From contig CAZFGX010000001.1 in the NCBI GenBank assembly GCA_964518565.1, positions 267,046 to 331,045 on the forward strand: 64,000 nucleotides of DNA. Reading direction: 5' to 3'. The notes below the pieces were generated by a model that ran no database searches, was not told the origin of the DNA, and saw nothing but the letters and a program-made list of their open reading frames with translations. Position numbers and translations under genes: made by a program. This DNA comes from an uncultured Gammaproteobacteria bacterium (GTDB lineage Bacteria > Patescibacteriota > Microgenomatia > CAZETR01 > Amesbacteraceae). Below are positions 31,687 through 42,538 of the stretch, one piece after another (the first letter of the stretch is position 1; the number at the start of each line of letters is the position of its first letter).

Positions 31687-32954
31687 AAATTGCTATTATT
31701 GGCGCAGGATTCACAGGGCTAGCTGCAGCACATCAATTAGGTAAAGATCACAATATTACAGTATTTGAAAAAAACTTAAACCCTGGTGGACTGGCACAGG
31801 GTTTTAAACAGTCTAATTGGGACTGGAGTTTAGAAGATCATTATCATCATATTTTTACTTCAGACAAAAATATTTATGATTTAGCTTTGAAAGTTAGACA
31901 TCCAATAGACTTTTATCAGCCAAAAACCAGCACATGGATAGATAACCATATATATCAACTTGATTCCGTGGCTTCTCTAATGAGATTTACTCCCTTATCA
32001 ATGATCTCTAGAATCAGAACCGGAATAGGTATGGCATCTTTAAAATTAAATCCATTTTGGAAACCTTATGAATATTTTACTGCCAAAAAGATGATTCAAT
32101 CCATGATGGGCAATGAATCTTGGGAAAAACTTTGGTCACCACTTTTTTTTGGTAAATTCCACTCATATGCCGAACAAATATCAGCCGCATGGTTTTGGTC
32201 CAGGATATATAAAAGAAGCCAGTCGTTAGGATATCCCCGTAAAGGATTTTTATCATTGGCTAAAACTATTGAATCAAATATTATATCCAATAAGGCAAAA
32301 TTTATTTATGGTACAACAGTCGAAAGAATTAAGTCAGTAAAGGGTGGAATAGAAATAAGAGCAGATGGCAAAAGCCAAATATTTGACCGAGTGGTCTGTA
32401 CATTACCTACAGCATATTTTTGTAAAATAACACCAGAGATCGAAGCAGATTTTGTACGAAAATACACAAAAATTGAGGGTTTGGGAGCTATAAATTTAAT
32501 TCTGTCTTTAAAAAATAATTTCTTCTCGGATGGAACCTACTGGTTAAACATCAACGATAAAAAAATACCCTTCCTTGCCGTAGTTGAACATACCAATTTT
32601 ATCTCTGAAAAATTTTATCATAATGAACATTTAATTTATGTAGGGTTATATGCTCCATCCTCTGATCAACGATTTAGCTATTCAGAAAAAGAACTTCTTT
32701 CATTGTATTTACCACATTTACAAAAAATTAACCCGAATTTTTCTGAAAAACAAATTAATAATATTTGGCTTAAAAAAGCAGCCTTTGCCCAACCTATAAT
32801 CCCTATACACTATTCTAAAAGCATCCCACCCATACGTACCTCAATGAAAAATGTATTTCTAGCAAATATGCAACAAGTATATCCCTGGGACAGGGGAACC
32901 AATTATGCAGTAAAATTAGGAATGGAGGTAGCCAAAGAATGCACCACAAATTAA
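31683..32954 (+). CDS. FAD-dependent oxidoreductase (amine oxidase/HemY-like superfamily)
   Basis: MKIAIIGAGFTG, EK...GGLA, HYHHIF, YPWDRGTNYAV. Confidence 0.85.
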   Translation: MKIAIIGAGFTGLAAAHQLGKDHNITVFEKNLNPGGLAQGFKQSNWDWSLEDHYHHIFTSDKNIYDLALKVRHPIDFYQPKTSTWIDNHIYQLDSVASLMRFTPLSMISRIRTGIGMASLKLNPFWKPYEYFTAKKMIQSMMGNESWEKLWSPLFFGKFHSYAEQISAAWFWSRIYKRSQSLGYPRKGFLSLAKTIESNIISNKAKFIYGTTVERIKSVKGGIEIRADGKSQIFDRVVCTLPTAYFCKITPEIEADFVRKYTKIEGLGAINLILSLKNNFFSDGTYWLNINDKKIPFLAVVEHTNFISEKFYHNEHLIYVGLYAPSSDQRFSYSEKELLSLYLPHLQKINPNFSEKQINNIWLKKAAFAQPIIPIHYSKSIPPIRTSMKNVFLANMQQVYPWDRGTNYAVKLGMEVAKECTTN

Positions 32955-34198
32955 AGCAAGTTACATCGTCGAGTACGTTTCAGCAATCAGCTATTACTTC
33001 AATATCAACCTTCCTCTCAGCTGGATTTGGGGCAATATACTATCTTATCTTGGCTAAAATAATTGGGGTAAGAGAGTATGGCCTATTCTCTTTAGGATTA
33101 AGTATTTTACTGGCTGGAAGTTCACTTGCAGACTTAGGCATGGGACCAAGTATCGTCAGATTTGTTAGCGGCCACAAGCAGGAAAATACCTATGCTCCGT
33201 ATGCAAATGTTGCACTCAGAACAAAGCTTGTTACATCTACAGTCGCAATTCTTATTTTTACTATTTTTGCATCTTTTATAGCAAATAATATACTGCATCA
33301 GCCAGAAGTGGCGGATTTACTTCCCTGGGTTGGTTTTAGTATCGCTAGTTTTGTATTATTTTCATTCTCTGCTTCTATGTTTCAAGGTCTCCAAGAGTTT
33401 TGGTGGTGGGGTGGTATTCAAGTTGGTGCAAATATATTTCGCTTAATCATCATGGGACTATTTATAATCTTAGGCATTCTAAGCGCAAAAGTCGCCTTAA
33501 TTCTTTTTGGAGCAGCACTATTATCAGCATTTATTGTTTCATTCTTCAAATTAGATAAAAAAATTTTGACAACTCGCCCCGATACATCGCATGCATTAAA
33601 ATTTTGGGAATTCAATAAATGGACAGCAATTTTTACAATTTCTGCCTCGATTGTTGGTCGATTGGACACAATACTCGCAGCTCGCTATGTTTCCATATCG
33701 CAAGTGGGGATTTACTCTCTTGCGTTAACAATGACCTCATTTTTGCCGCAGTTGTCAGGCGCGCTGGGAGCAGTAACAGGACCAAAATTTGCTGGTTTCT
33801 CAAACAGTAAGGAAGCCAAGCAGTATCTGCGTAAGGCGTTATTCTTCTCTTCATCAATCGCTTTAGTTTGTTGCATTCTAATGATTCCAGCAGCAGCATT
33901 TGTAATTTGGTTTACAGGTAAGGATTATTCAGATGCATTCATTCCGTTTCTTATTCTATTGCTGGCGGTTGGCTTATTTACTGCTACAAATCCAGTACGA
34001 GATATTATTTTGTACGGATATAAAAAACCAAAATTTTTCTTCTTTTCAAGTCTTATTCAAGCAGTAGTAGTATGTCTGATTGGCGCAACTATTATTCCTC
34101 GGATTGGTATTGTAGGGGCATCGATATCGATGCTAATAAGCCAATTAGTATTAATTGTATTAAGTATTTTTTATTATTCAAAATTAAAGATGAAATGA
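32939..34198 (+). CDS. Wzx/MATE-family oligosaccharide flippase
   Basis: About 12 TMs, EYGLFS...DLG, RLD....VGIYSLA, GIVGASI. Confidence 0.85.
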   Translation: MHHKLKQVTSSSTFQQSAITSISTFLSAGFGAIYYLILAKIIGVREYGLFSLGLSILLAGSSLADLGMGPSIVRFVSGHKQENTYAPYANVALRTKLVTSTVAILIFTIFASFIANNILHQPEVADLLPWVGFSIASFVLFSFSASMFQGLQEFWWWGGIQVGANIFRLIIMGLFIILGILSAKVALILFGAALLSAFIVSFFKLDKKILTTRPDTSHALKFWEFNKWTAIFTISASIVGRLDTILAARYVSISQVGIYSLALTMTSFLPQLSGALGAVTGPKFAGFSNSKEAKQYLRKALFFSSSIALVCCILMIPAAAFVIWFTGKDYSDAFIPFLILLLAVGLFTATNPVRDIILYGYKKPKFFFFSSLIQAVVVCLIGATIIPRIGIVGASISMLISQLVLIVLSIFYYSKLKMK

Positions 34199-35001
34199 CG
34201 GTTTCTGCACACTGCATGGTAAAAAATGACGATCAGTGGATATGGTATGCAATACAGTCTATTTTACCAGTCGTTGATACCATACATGTCTATGATACAG
34301 GATCAACCGACAATACACTGAAAATTGTCAGATCAATTAATAGTAATAAAATACAAATAAAGGAATTTTTAACAAATACAGCAGAGGAGATTACGTTATG
34401 TAGACAAAAAATGATGGATGTAGAAAAAAATGACTGGGTACTTTTTCTTGATGGTGATGAAATTTGGCCAGACTTGGCACTCAAAAAAAGCGTTGAATCT
34501 ATTCAAAAAAACCCTTCAATTGATTATTTAATTAGTTCGTATCGTAATCTTTTGGGAGATGTATATCATTACCAGGAAAACTCAGCGGGAAAATATAAAA
34601 TAAAAGACAAAGAAGGTCATATAACTATTCGATGGATAAACAGAAAAAAACTAGCACCATTAATGTTTAGGTCTAACTACCCATATGAGGAACTTTGTCT
34701 TAAAAATGGAATGGCTCTTCAAAAGGATACAAAATTATCTTCTATATTTATTGATGAGCCGTATCTTCATGCTACACATTTAGTTCGGTCATCAAATGAG
34801 GAAGCTACTTTCAATAGAAAATATAAAATTAAATACGAATTTGGACATAAAAACAGTGAAAGCTTTATATATCCGACATCGTTTTATTTCCCTCACGGAA
34901 ACTTGATTCCTTCTGCATGGACAGAACGTAAAATAAAATATAATTTTTTTGCATCTATACAAACTCCGATAAAAAAACTGAAGAGAAAACTCTTGATATG
35001 A
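34195..35001 (+). CDS. GT2 glycosyltransferase
   Basis: MVKND, DTGSTDNT, LDGDE; ATGA overlap supports start 34195. Confidence 0.88.
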   Translation: MTVSAHCMVKNDDQWIWYAIQSILPVVDTIHVYDTGSTDNTLKIVRSINSNKIQIKEFLTNTAEEITLCRQKMMDVEKNDWVLFLDGDEIWPDLALKKSVESIQKNPSIDYLISSYRNLLGDVYHYQENSAGKYKIKDKEGHITIRWINRKKLAPLMFRSNYPYEELCLKNGMALQKDTKLSSIFIDEPYLHATHLVRSSNEEATFNRKYKIKYEFGHKNSESFIYPTSFYFPHGNLIPSAWTERKIKYNFFASIQTPIKKLKRKLLI

Positions 35002-35990
35002 AAATTGCGTTTTTAAGCTACTACTCAGGAAAAATATTTAGAGGCGCTGAAAAGTATGTGCATGAATTGGCGAATGGGTTAGTAAAGCTTGGACACGATG
35101 TTTCGGTATATCAATCCGGTGATAAAACTATTGGAAATTATTATCAAATAAAACCTTACAACGCCAAAGAGAATATACCAAAAGAAATGGTTAATTATGA
35201 TTGTGTAATCCCAGTAAATGGTAAATTTCAAGCGATAAATGCGAGTTTATGGGCAAAATTTAATCATAAAAAAATTATCATCGCAGGTCAATCGGGGTTA
35301 GGGTTAGACGACAAAATTAATCTATTAGTCTTCCCAGACATTTTTGTTTCATTATCTGAATATCAAAAACAATGGGCAGGCAGAGTTAATCCATTTGTTA
35401 AAATTAAAAAAATACCCAATGGAGTAAATTTGCAAGAATTCAATCCAAACACTCGCCCTTTTTTAAAAAAAACAAATCAGAAAACAATTCTGTCTGTGGG
35501 AGCTTTAACAAAAGCAAAAAGGCATGATTTACTGATTCAGGCAGTATCAAAAATTCCAAATTCTAAATTAATCATTGTTGGTACAGGGGATGAAAAAAAT
35601 TTCTTGCATGCTTTAGGAAAAAAATTAATCCCAGGTAGGCTTCAAATATTATCTTTGTCATACGAAGACATGCCCGGAATATATACAAGCGCAGATGTTT
35701 TTGCGTTTCCATCAGTCCCTTGGGAATCCTTTGGAATTGTGTTACTTGAAGCCATGGCAAGTGGGTTGCCCATTGTTACAACAGATGATCCAATCCGTAG
35801 AGAAATTGTTGGCCCAGCAGGAATATTTGTTAAACCCGAAAATATTGATGAATTTGTAGCCGCTCTTTCGACAGCGATACATAAAAAATGGGCTAACGTG
35901 GCAGTGAATCAAGCTTCGGGCTACTCTTGGGACATTGTTGCAAAAAAATATTCAGAAGTTATAAAGGATATATGCCAAAAATCTCATTAG
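34998..35990 (+). CDS. GT4 glycosyltransferase
   Basis: RGAE, IPNGV, ESFGIVLLEAMASG. Confidence 0.92.
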   Translation: MKIAFLSYYSGKIFRGAEKYVHELANGLVKLGHDVSVYQSGDKTIGNYYQIKPYNAKENIPKEMVNYDCVIPVNGKFQAINASLWAKFNHKKIIIAGQSGLGLDDKINLLVFPDIFVSLSEYQKQWAGRVNPFVKIKKIPNGVNLQEFNPNTRPFLKKTNQKTILSVGALTKAKRHDLLIQAVSKIPNSKLIIVGTGDEKNFLHALGKKLIPGRLQILSLSYEDMPGIYTSADVFAFPSVPWESFGIVLLEAMASGLPIVTTDDPIRREIVGPAGIFVKPENIDEFVAALSTAIHKKWANVAVNQASGYSWDIVAKKYSEVIKDICQKSH

Positions 35991-36685
35991 TTGTAGTTAG
36001 TTACAACGAGGCTACAAAGCTAGAAAAGTGCTTAGAGTCAGCGGTAAAAAAAGTAGATGAAATAGTATTGGTTGATATGGGCTCAACAGACAATTCGATA
36101 AATATTGCTAAATCTTTTAATGCTGAAGTATTTACCCACACTCATGTACAAGTAGTCGAACAAATAAGAAATTTTGCAATTTCGAAAGCGAAGAACGACT
36201 GGGTACTAGTATTAGATCCTGATGAGCAAATTACTGAAAATCTAATAAAAGTGCTCAAAGAAACGGTTCAAAATAAAAGCATATCTGCAGTAAATATTCC
36301 AAGAAAAAATATTTTTTTTAACAAATGGATTCGTCACTCAAATTTCTGGCCTGACCATCAGATAAGATTCTTCAAAAAACAGTCGATAGTCTGGGATGAA
36401 AAAATTCACTCCTACCCGAAAATTTCAGGAGAAATAGTCAAACTTGATGAAAATCCAGAGAATGCAATAATTCATTACGGATACGACTCGATTGAAAATT
36501 TTATTACCAGACTTAATCGTTATACTTCAAAAGAAAAAAATTCAAAAAATCCAATTATAGAGTTTGGCAAAAGGTATTTCTGGCACGCAGGATTTCTTGA
36601 TGGCATGCATGGATTAGTTGTGTGTACACTTATGTGTATATATTATATTTCGGTTTGGGTAAAAATATGGGAAAAGAAAAAATAA
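35972..36685 (+). CDS. GT2 glycosyltransferase (WaaE/KdtX-like)
   Basis: SYNEA, DMGSTD, LDPDE, PDHQIRFF, GFLDGMHG. Confidence 0.88.
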   Translation: MPKISLVVVSYNEATKLEKCLESAVKKVDEIVLVDMGSTDNSINIAKSFNAEVFTHTHVQVVEQIRNFAISKAKNDWVLVLDPDEQITENLIKVLKETVQNKSISAVNIPRKNIFFNKWIRHSNFWPDHQIRFFKKQSIVWDEKIHSYPKISGEIVKLDENPENAIIHYGYDSIENFITRLNRYTSKEKNSKNPIIEFGKRYFWHAGFLDGMHGLVVCTLMCIYYISVWVKIWEKKK

Positions 36686-38037
36686 TTTTTGTTACGATCG
36701 TAATAGTTTCATTGTTTTTAAGAACAATTCATATCGACCAAAGTTTGTGGCTAGATGAGGGTGCGCAAGCAGTATTATCAAATAATTCAATACACTCAAT
36801 TTGGTTCGAACGTCGTGCAGATTTTCATCCACCACTATTTTATATTGTCACACATTTCTGGCAGGCAATAAGCAAAAACGATTCATGGTTAAGAGTTCTT
36901 CCAATTATGTTCGGAATGGCAAATGTCATTATTATGTTTCCGATTGGCAAGGCAATTTACCCCAATTCAAAATACGCTGGACATATATCGGCTGGATTAT
37001 TATCTTTAGCACCCTTTCATGTGTATTACTCTCAGGAATATAGATCGTATTCATTGCTCTGCTTGCTATGTTCAATTTCTTTATTTTTCACAATTAAAAA
37101 AAAGTTTCTGTTACTAGGTTTTGTAAACGCCTTAATACTTTATACACATTATTCTGGAATATTTTTTATTTTAGCTGAGGTGATATATATATTTGCATAT
37201 CAATATCAAACCAAAAATAAGTATTTGGCATCCCTCGCGATAAGTTTATTTTTATTCTTACCTTGGCTACCAATGTTTATTGAACAATTAAAGTCTGGTG
37301 TAAATATTAATGAATATTTACCAGGCTGGTCGAATGTTCTTAGTATTAGCCCAGTAAAAGCGTTACCAATATTATTATTTAAATTAATTGCAGGAAGAAT
37401 AAATCTTCTTTCAAAAATTATATATGGGATATATGCCACATTAACAATTGGGATCATATTTTCCACTTTTCTATTTCAATCAAAACATAGAAATTTGCTC
37501 ACTATTTTTACATTCATCCCAATTGGATCAATCATACTACTGTCATTAGTTTTACCTCAAACACAGCCATTTAGAATAATCTTCGTTTTACCCATACTTA
37601 TACTTTGGTTTACAAATGCAGTATTAAAATATCCTAAGTTATTTTTAACTTTATTTATTTATATTTCTATTTTTGGAAATGCAATGTACTTCACTCGAAT
37701 ACGACTTCAAAGAGAGCAATGGCGTCAAACGGGAGAATTTTTAGCTCTCAAGCCCATGCCAGTAATAGTAAAATTTCCTACGAGTTTTGCTCCCTTAATT
37801 TGGTATCAACCGGATTTACCTGTCATAGGTGTGGTACCAACATTTCCAGCAAAAGTTGACGAAGTTGCAAAGCACCTGTCTGAAACTGAAGAAAAACAAG
37901 TCTATTTACTAGATTATTTAACTGATTTGACCGATCCCCAGCGAGTAGTAAATCAAGAATTAATTAAAAGAGGATATACAGAAACAAAAATTATTGATTT
38001 TCCAGGTGTTGGCTTTGTTAGAGAGTACAAGAAATAA
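36667..38037 (+). CDS. GT-C glycosyltransferase, PMT/ArnT (GT39/GT83)-like
   Basis: SLWLDE, DFHPPLFY, YSQEYRSY, YTHY. Confidence 0.85.
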   Translation: MGKEKIIFVTIVIVSLFLRTIHIDQSLWLDEGAQAVLSNNSIHSIWFERRADFHPPLFYIVTHFWQAISKNDSWLRVLPIMFGMANVIIMFPIGKAIYPNSKYAGHISAGLLSLAPFHVYYSQEYRSYSLLCLLCSISLFFTIKKKFLLLGFVNALILYTHYSGIFFILAEVIYIFAYQYQTKNKYLASLAISLFLFLPWLPMFIEQLKSGVNINEYLPGWSNVLSISPVKALPILLFKLIAGRINLLSKIIYGIYATLTIGIIFSTFLFQSKHRNLLTIFTFIPIGSIILLSLVLPQTQPFRIIFVLPILILWFTNAVLKYPKLFLTLFIYISIFGNAMYFTRIRLQREQWRQTGEFLALKPMPVIVKFPTSFAPLIWYQPDLPVIGVVPTFPAKVDEVAKHLSETEEKQVYLLDYLTDLTDPQRVVNQELIKRGYTETKIIDFPGVGFVREYKK

Positions 38038-38040
38038 GCA

Positions 38041-39312
38041 ATGTTGGGAGTATTACTTCAATTAATTCACGCAGGAATATTATTTTTTAGGCCCTATACA
38101 GTGTTTCCGGAGTTTTATATATTTCCATATTTATCTACAGCTGGATTGGTCCCATACCTTCAAATTATCGATCAACATAGTCCAGGTTTATTTTTATTAC
38201 CAGTAAACTTTTTTTCATTAGGATTTAAAAATACTGAATCCTTTAGAATTTTAAATATTGTGCTGGTTTTGTTTCAATCAGCGCTAGTTAAAAAAATTTC
38301 ACCTTACAAAAAAACCTCAATATTAGTTTATACCATCTTACAGGTATCGATTGCTGGAGATGCAATTTGGTTTGACTCATTAATTCCACTTTTTACACTA
38401 CCAGCATTATATTTTTTACAAAAAAAAAGATTGGGTAAAGCGGGACTATTATTAGGATTAGCGATTTGTTTTAAACAGACAGCAATTATTTTAGTAATTG
38501 GGATATTAATATTTTATTTCAAAAGCTCAATTAAAAATCTTACAAAATTTATTTTAGGAACGAGTGTATTTCCAGCAATGCTCGTCGCATATCTAATCTC
38601 AAAAAATAGTTTGTTTGATTTTTTTCAACAAGTGATTTTATTTAATTTTAAAATTTATCCAAAATTAGCACTTGTAAGACCTGAATGGTACGCGGTAATT
38701 GTAGGTTTATTATTGCTGACACTATGTCTCGTATATATTTTTTCTCACTCATCGCAGAAAAGTTATTTGATTTTTATTTTTGCAGTAGGCTCAAGTATTG
38801 TTGGTCTAACTCGATTTGATTTATACCATTTACATGCATCAATACCTTTTGTATCCATTATTATTTCAATAATCATCTATCAAAAAAATAAACTTGGAAA
38901 AATACTCGTTTTAGTCTGCGCGGTAAAAATGACACTATTATTTTTTTCGTACCATACATTCAATTATGATAATTATCAGACACGAGAAATTGCAAAGACT
39001 ATTATGAAATATGTAAGACCAAAAGAAAAAATATATTTATTTGGAGTTCAACCCCATGTTTATTCAATGTCCAACACTCTTCCTTCAGGAAATTTTTTTA
39101 TGTTCCAATTACCATGGTATTTACAAACATATGAAAACCAACAAATACAAGCATTAAAATCAGATATGCCTAAGTTGGTAGTTGTAGATGAATCCAGTTC
39201 TGTTGATGGAAAAATGACTGCTTTATCAGCACCTAATATAGAAGAATTTATCTCATCTTATTACCATGAAGTTGAAAGAAAAGACACAATAGTATTTCTT
39301 GCCCCAAATTAA
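38041..39312 (+). CDS. GT-C glycosyltransferase, ArnT-like
   Basis: PYLQIIDQHSPG, FKQ, multiple TMs, soluble C-terminal domain. Confidence 0.7.
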   Translation: MLGVLLQLIHAGILFFRPYTVFPEFYIFPYLSTAGLVPYLQIIDQHSPGLFLLPVNFFSLGFKNTESFRILNIVLVLFQSALVKKISPYKKTSILVYTILQVSIAGDAIWFDSLIPLFTLPALYFLQKKRLGKAGLLLGLAICFKQTAIILVIGILIFYFKSSIKNLTKFILGTSVFPAMLVAYLISKNSLFDFFQQVILFNFKIYPKLALVRPEWYAVIVGLLLLTLCLVYIFSHSSQKSYLIFIFAVGSSIVGLTRFDLYHLHASIPFVSIIISIIIYQKNKLGKILVLVCAVKMTLLFFSYHTFNYDNYQTREIAKTIMKYVRPKEKIYLFGVQPHVYSMSNTLPSGNFFMFQLPWYLQTYENQQIQALKSDMPKLVVVDESSSVDGKMTALSAPNIEEFISSYYHEVERKDTIVFLAPN

Positions 39313-39337
39313 AATTTTATTATGTAGATTCTTAATT

Positions 39338-39350
39338 TATAATAATATAT
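39338..39350 (+). promoter_or_regulatory. -10 box, probable leaderless start
   Basis: TATAAT 39338-39343, 7 nt before ATG 39351, no SD. Confidence 0.5.
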
Positions 39351-40382
39351 ATGAAAGTTGGATTTGATGTATCGCAAGTAGTGTTTGGCAGTGGTGTATC
39401 AGACTACACACAAAATATAGTAGATGAACTGCCTAAAAAAATAATTACTTCAGTAGGTTTTTCCTTAAATCAAACATCGTTACTCAAAAAAAATATCCCC
39501 GGGGTAAAGAGTTACCGAATTCCATTGGGCATAATTGAGCAATTGTGGAATAAACTCCATATTATTAAATTTGAGAAATTTTCAGGGAATATAGATATTT
39601 ATCATGCATCTGACTGGACCCAAGCACCTTCAGATGCAAAAAAAGTAACCACTATTCATGATTTATCGCCCTTTTTGTATCCACAGGAAGTTCATAAAGA
39701 TATTGTAGAGGTTCATAAAAGAAAGATGTATTGGGCAGAAAAAGAATGTGATGCCTTCATATGTGTCTCAGAGAATACTGCAAAGGACCTAAAAAGAGTC
39801 TTTTCTGTTTCTGTGTCAAAAATATTTATTGTTCCCGAAGCCTTGCCAAAAAGATTTATGCTCAACCCAAAAAAATCAAAATATTCAGAATACATAGTAA
39901 CAATCGGCTCACGCCAGCCAAGAAAAAATATTCAAAAATTAATAGATGCATATGAAAAAAATAACATTGCCAAAAAGTTAGGTTTAAAGCTTGTAGTTAT
40001 AGGTGAAAATGACCTAACAACAAAAAACGACAACATTATCTTTACGGGATATGTATCTGAACAAGAATTGGTAGATATTGTTGCTAGTGCAGAAGTATGC
40101 GTATATCCGTCATTATATGAAGGGTTTGGTTTGCCGGCGTTGGTTAGTTTTTATCATCAAACACCATTTGTTTGTTCAAACAATTCATCACTTCCAGAAG
40201 TTGTAAGCGATGCAGGAGTATTGGTTGACACAAACTCCGAATCAGAAATAATTGATGGTATATATCAAGCCATAAAAAATAGGACAAAATTAATCAAGGC
40301 TGGAACGCAAAGACAAAAACAATTTTCGTGGAGGTCTGCCGCAGAAAAAACGTATGAAATTTATTCATCACTTATAAAATAA
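39351..40382 (+). CDS. GT4 glycosyltransferase (MtfB/WbdB mannosyltransferase-like)
   Basis: TTIHDL, PRKN, PSLYEGFGLP. Confidence 0.9.
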   Translation: MKVGFDVSQVVFGSGVSDYTQNIVDELPKKIITSVGFSLNQTSLLKKNIPGVKSYRIPLGIIEQLWNKLHIIKFEKFSGNIDIYHASDWTQAPSDAKKVTTIHDLSPFLYPQEVHKDIVEVHKRKMYWAEKECDAFICVSENTAKDLKRVFSVSVSKIFIVPEALPKRFMLNPKKSKYSEYIVTIGSRQPRKNIQKLIDAYEKNNIAKKLGLKLVVIGENDLTTKNDNIIFTGYVSEQELVDIVASAEVCVYPSLYEGFGLPALVSFYHQTPFVCSNNSSLPEVVSDAGVLVDTNSESEIIDGIYQAIKNRTKLIKAGTQRQKQFSWRSAAEKTYEIYSSLIK

Positions 40383-40383
40383 T

Positions 40384-41490
40384 ATGTTAATCGGCATAGA
40401 CGCAAATGAAGCTAACCTGACTCAAAAAAGAGTTGGAATAAATCAGTATGCATTTGATCTTCTTCATGCCTTGTATGCAAATCCTCAAAACCATCAGTTC
40501 GTGATTTATCTCAAAAATCCTCCGCTCTCAGATCTGCCGCAGTCACGATATGGATGGGATTATCGAGTGATTCCATTTCCAAAATTTTGGACTCAAACGC
40601 GTTTACCATTTGACCTATTCACTCACAAACCAAGACCAGACGTTTTTTTTAGTATGACTCATTACGCCCCTCGTTGGTGCCCTATTCCGAGTGTAGTCGC
40701 AATTATGGATATAGGTTTCTTAAGAAATCCAGAACAGTTTACAACTAAAGATTTTACCCAGCTAAAAAACTGGACTAAATACTCTATTATGAAAGCTAAA
40801 AAGATCATTACGATTTCAAATTATACAAAAGAGGACATAGCAAACACTTACCACAAAACGTCACAAGAAATTATAGTGACTTACCCAAGTTACGACGAAA
40901 GTTTATTCAAGCCAACAAAAAATCTCACCGTTTTAAAAAAATATAAGATTAAAGATCCGTACATACTTTTTCTTAGTAGTTTAAAACCTAGTAAAAATGT
41001 TGAAGGACTAATTCGAGCGTTTAAAATTGTCTCAGAAAAAAACAAGCAATTAACATTAGTGATTTCAGGGAAAAAAGCTTGGCAATATGAGCGTATTTTT
41101 TCTCTTACCCAAGAATTAAATCTAGAAAAGAGAGTGATATTCACAGGCTTTGTTAATGAAAATGAAGTACCTGTCCTCATGAGTATGTCAAAAGCATTTA
41201 TTCTGCCTAGCTTTTTTGAAGGATTCGGCATTCCTGTATTAGAAGCTATGGCATGTCACGTCCCAGTTGTGATCTCGCAAGTAGCAAGTTTGCCTGAGGT
41301 TGCAGGTGAGGCTGGTATCTATATCGATCCAAAAGACCCAACTTCGATTGCTAGGGGTATCGATATCGCAATATCGGAAAAATCAAAAAAATTTGTATCT
41401 GAGGGTATAAACAGAGTAAAATTATTTAGCTGGAAGAAAACAGCACAACAAACACTAATATGTTTAGAGACCGCAATGGAAAAAAATTAA
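40384..41490 (+). CDS. GT4 glycosyltransferase (MtfB-like)
   Basis: GIDAN, PSKN, PSFFEGFGIPVLEAM, SLPEVAG. Confidence 0.92.
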   Translation: MLIGIDANEANLTQKRVGINQYAFDLLHALYANPQNHQFVIYLKNPPLSDLPQSRYGWDYRVIPFPKFWTQTRLPFDLFTHKPRPDVFFSMTHYAPRWCPIPSVVAIMDIGFLRNPEQFTTKDFTQLKNWTKYSIMKAKKIITISNYTKEDIANTYHKTSQEIIVTYPSYDESLFKPTKNLTVLKKYKIKDPYILFLSSLKPSKNVEGLIRAFKIVSEKNKQLTLVISGKKAWQYERIFSLTQELNLEKRVIFTGFVNENEVPVLMSMSKAFILPSFFEGFGIPVLEAMACHVPVVISQVASLPEVAGEAGIYIDPKDPTSIARGIDIAISEKSKKFVSEGINRVKLFSWKKTAQQTLICLETAMEKN

Positions 41491-42050
41491 CCTTAGATCA
41501 AGTTTTAAATAAAGGTCTGAATAGGTTGCAAAACATTCTACTGGATTTAGAGCTCTATTTACTTTATGTCGTTGGATATATTCCCAGTCATATAATAAGA
41601 AATGCATTTTACAAACTAGCTGGTATGAATATTAATGGAACTGTCCACATGTGGGCCAGGTTCTATAACCCAAAAAATATTTCAATTGGCAAGGATTCTA
41701 TAATTGGTGACCACGCTTTTCTTGATGGTAGAGATGTGCTGAAAATAGGGGATCATGTAGACATTGCTTCAGAGGTAAGAATCTATAATGCCGAACACGA
41801 CATCCATTCCTCAGACTTTAAAGCAGCGAATGCTCCAGTATATATAGAAGACTATGTTTTTATTGGTCCAAGAGTCACCATATTGCCAGGGGTCCAAATA
41901 AAAAAGGGTGCAATAGTCGCAGCGGGAGCAGTTGTTACAAAAACTGTGGATGAGTTTGCTATTGTAGGCGGAGTACCAGCAAAAGTGATCGGTGAACGAG
42001 GTAATAAAAATCCTAGCTATAAGTTAGGAAGAGCGAGGCTTTTCCAGTAA
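41460..42050 (+). CDS. Hexapeptide-repeat O-acetyltransferase
   Basis: IGKDSII/IGDHVDI/IEDYVFIG repeats, AGAVVTK, GGVPAK. Confidence 0.9.
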   Translation: MFRDRNGKKLTLDQVLNKGLNRLQNILLDLELYLLYVVGYIPSHIIRNAFYKLAGMNINGTVHMWARFYNPKNISIGKDSIIGDHAFLDGRDVLKIGDHVDIASEVRIYNAEHDIHSSDFKAANAPVYIEDYVFIGPRVTILPGVQIKKGAIVAAGAVVTKTVDEFAIVGGVPAKVIGERGNKNPSYKLGRARLFQ

Positions 42051-42538
42051 TGAAATATTTAAATACATTATTTATTGGATTTTTTTTAATCGGAATAATA
42101 TATATTTTATATCCCGCATCTTCTTTTCCTCCACCACCAATAAATACGATTGTTTCAACGGAACCATCGGATACGGAAAGTATATATCGAAAGAGTTTTT
42201 TTACAAATTTATCCCGTGAAGAAATAATGGCATATTACAAACAAAGCTTTCCTCAGTCACAACGATTAAATCACCCTCCAGAGGACGCATTTATGTTAAT
42301 AAGAGACCAAACACGCAGCTCGTGGCTTGAAGAATTATCTAGACCATTTAAAAATACGCTATATATAAATGGTTTTTATCCAACAAAAGCGACAGAACAA
42401 ATATATCGCAACGGCAACCATTACAATGCAAAAATTACTATCAGATACATTCCCTACAACGTAGTAACGTCTATGACTGTATGGTGTTTAGCAGTATTAG
42501 CTACATACTTACTTATAAAAGAATATGTTAAAAAATAA
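42050..42538 (+). CDS. Hypothetical membrane protein (N- and C-terminal TM)
   Basis: 162-aa ORF coupled to both neighbours; hydrophobic ends. Confidence 0.7.
   Translation: MKYLNTLFIGFFLIGIIYILYPASSFPPPPINTIVSTEPSDTESIYRKSFFTNLSREEIMAYYKQSFPQSQRLNHPPEDAFMLIRDQTRSSWLEELSRPFKNTLYINGFYPTKATEQIYRNGNHYNAKITIRYIPYNVVTSMTVWCLAVLATYLLIKEYVKK

Noticed and set aside
2462-32954. SDR plus FAD oxidoreductase as a DprE2/DprE1 pair
   Set aside because: The flavoprotein is GxGxxG Rossmann-type, not the DprE1 vanillyl-alcohol-oxidase type, and the two genes are about 28 kb apart
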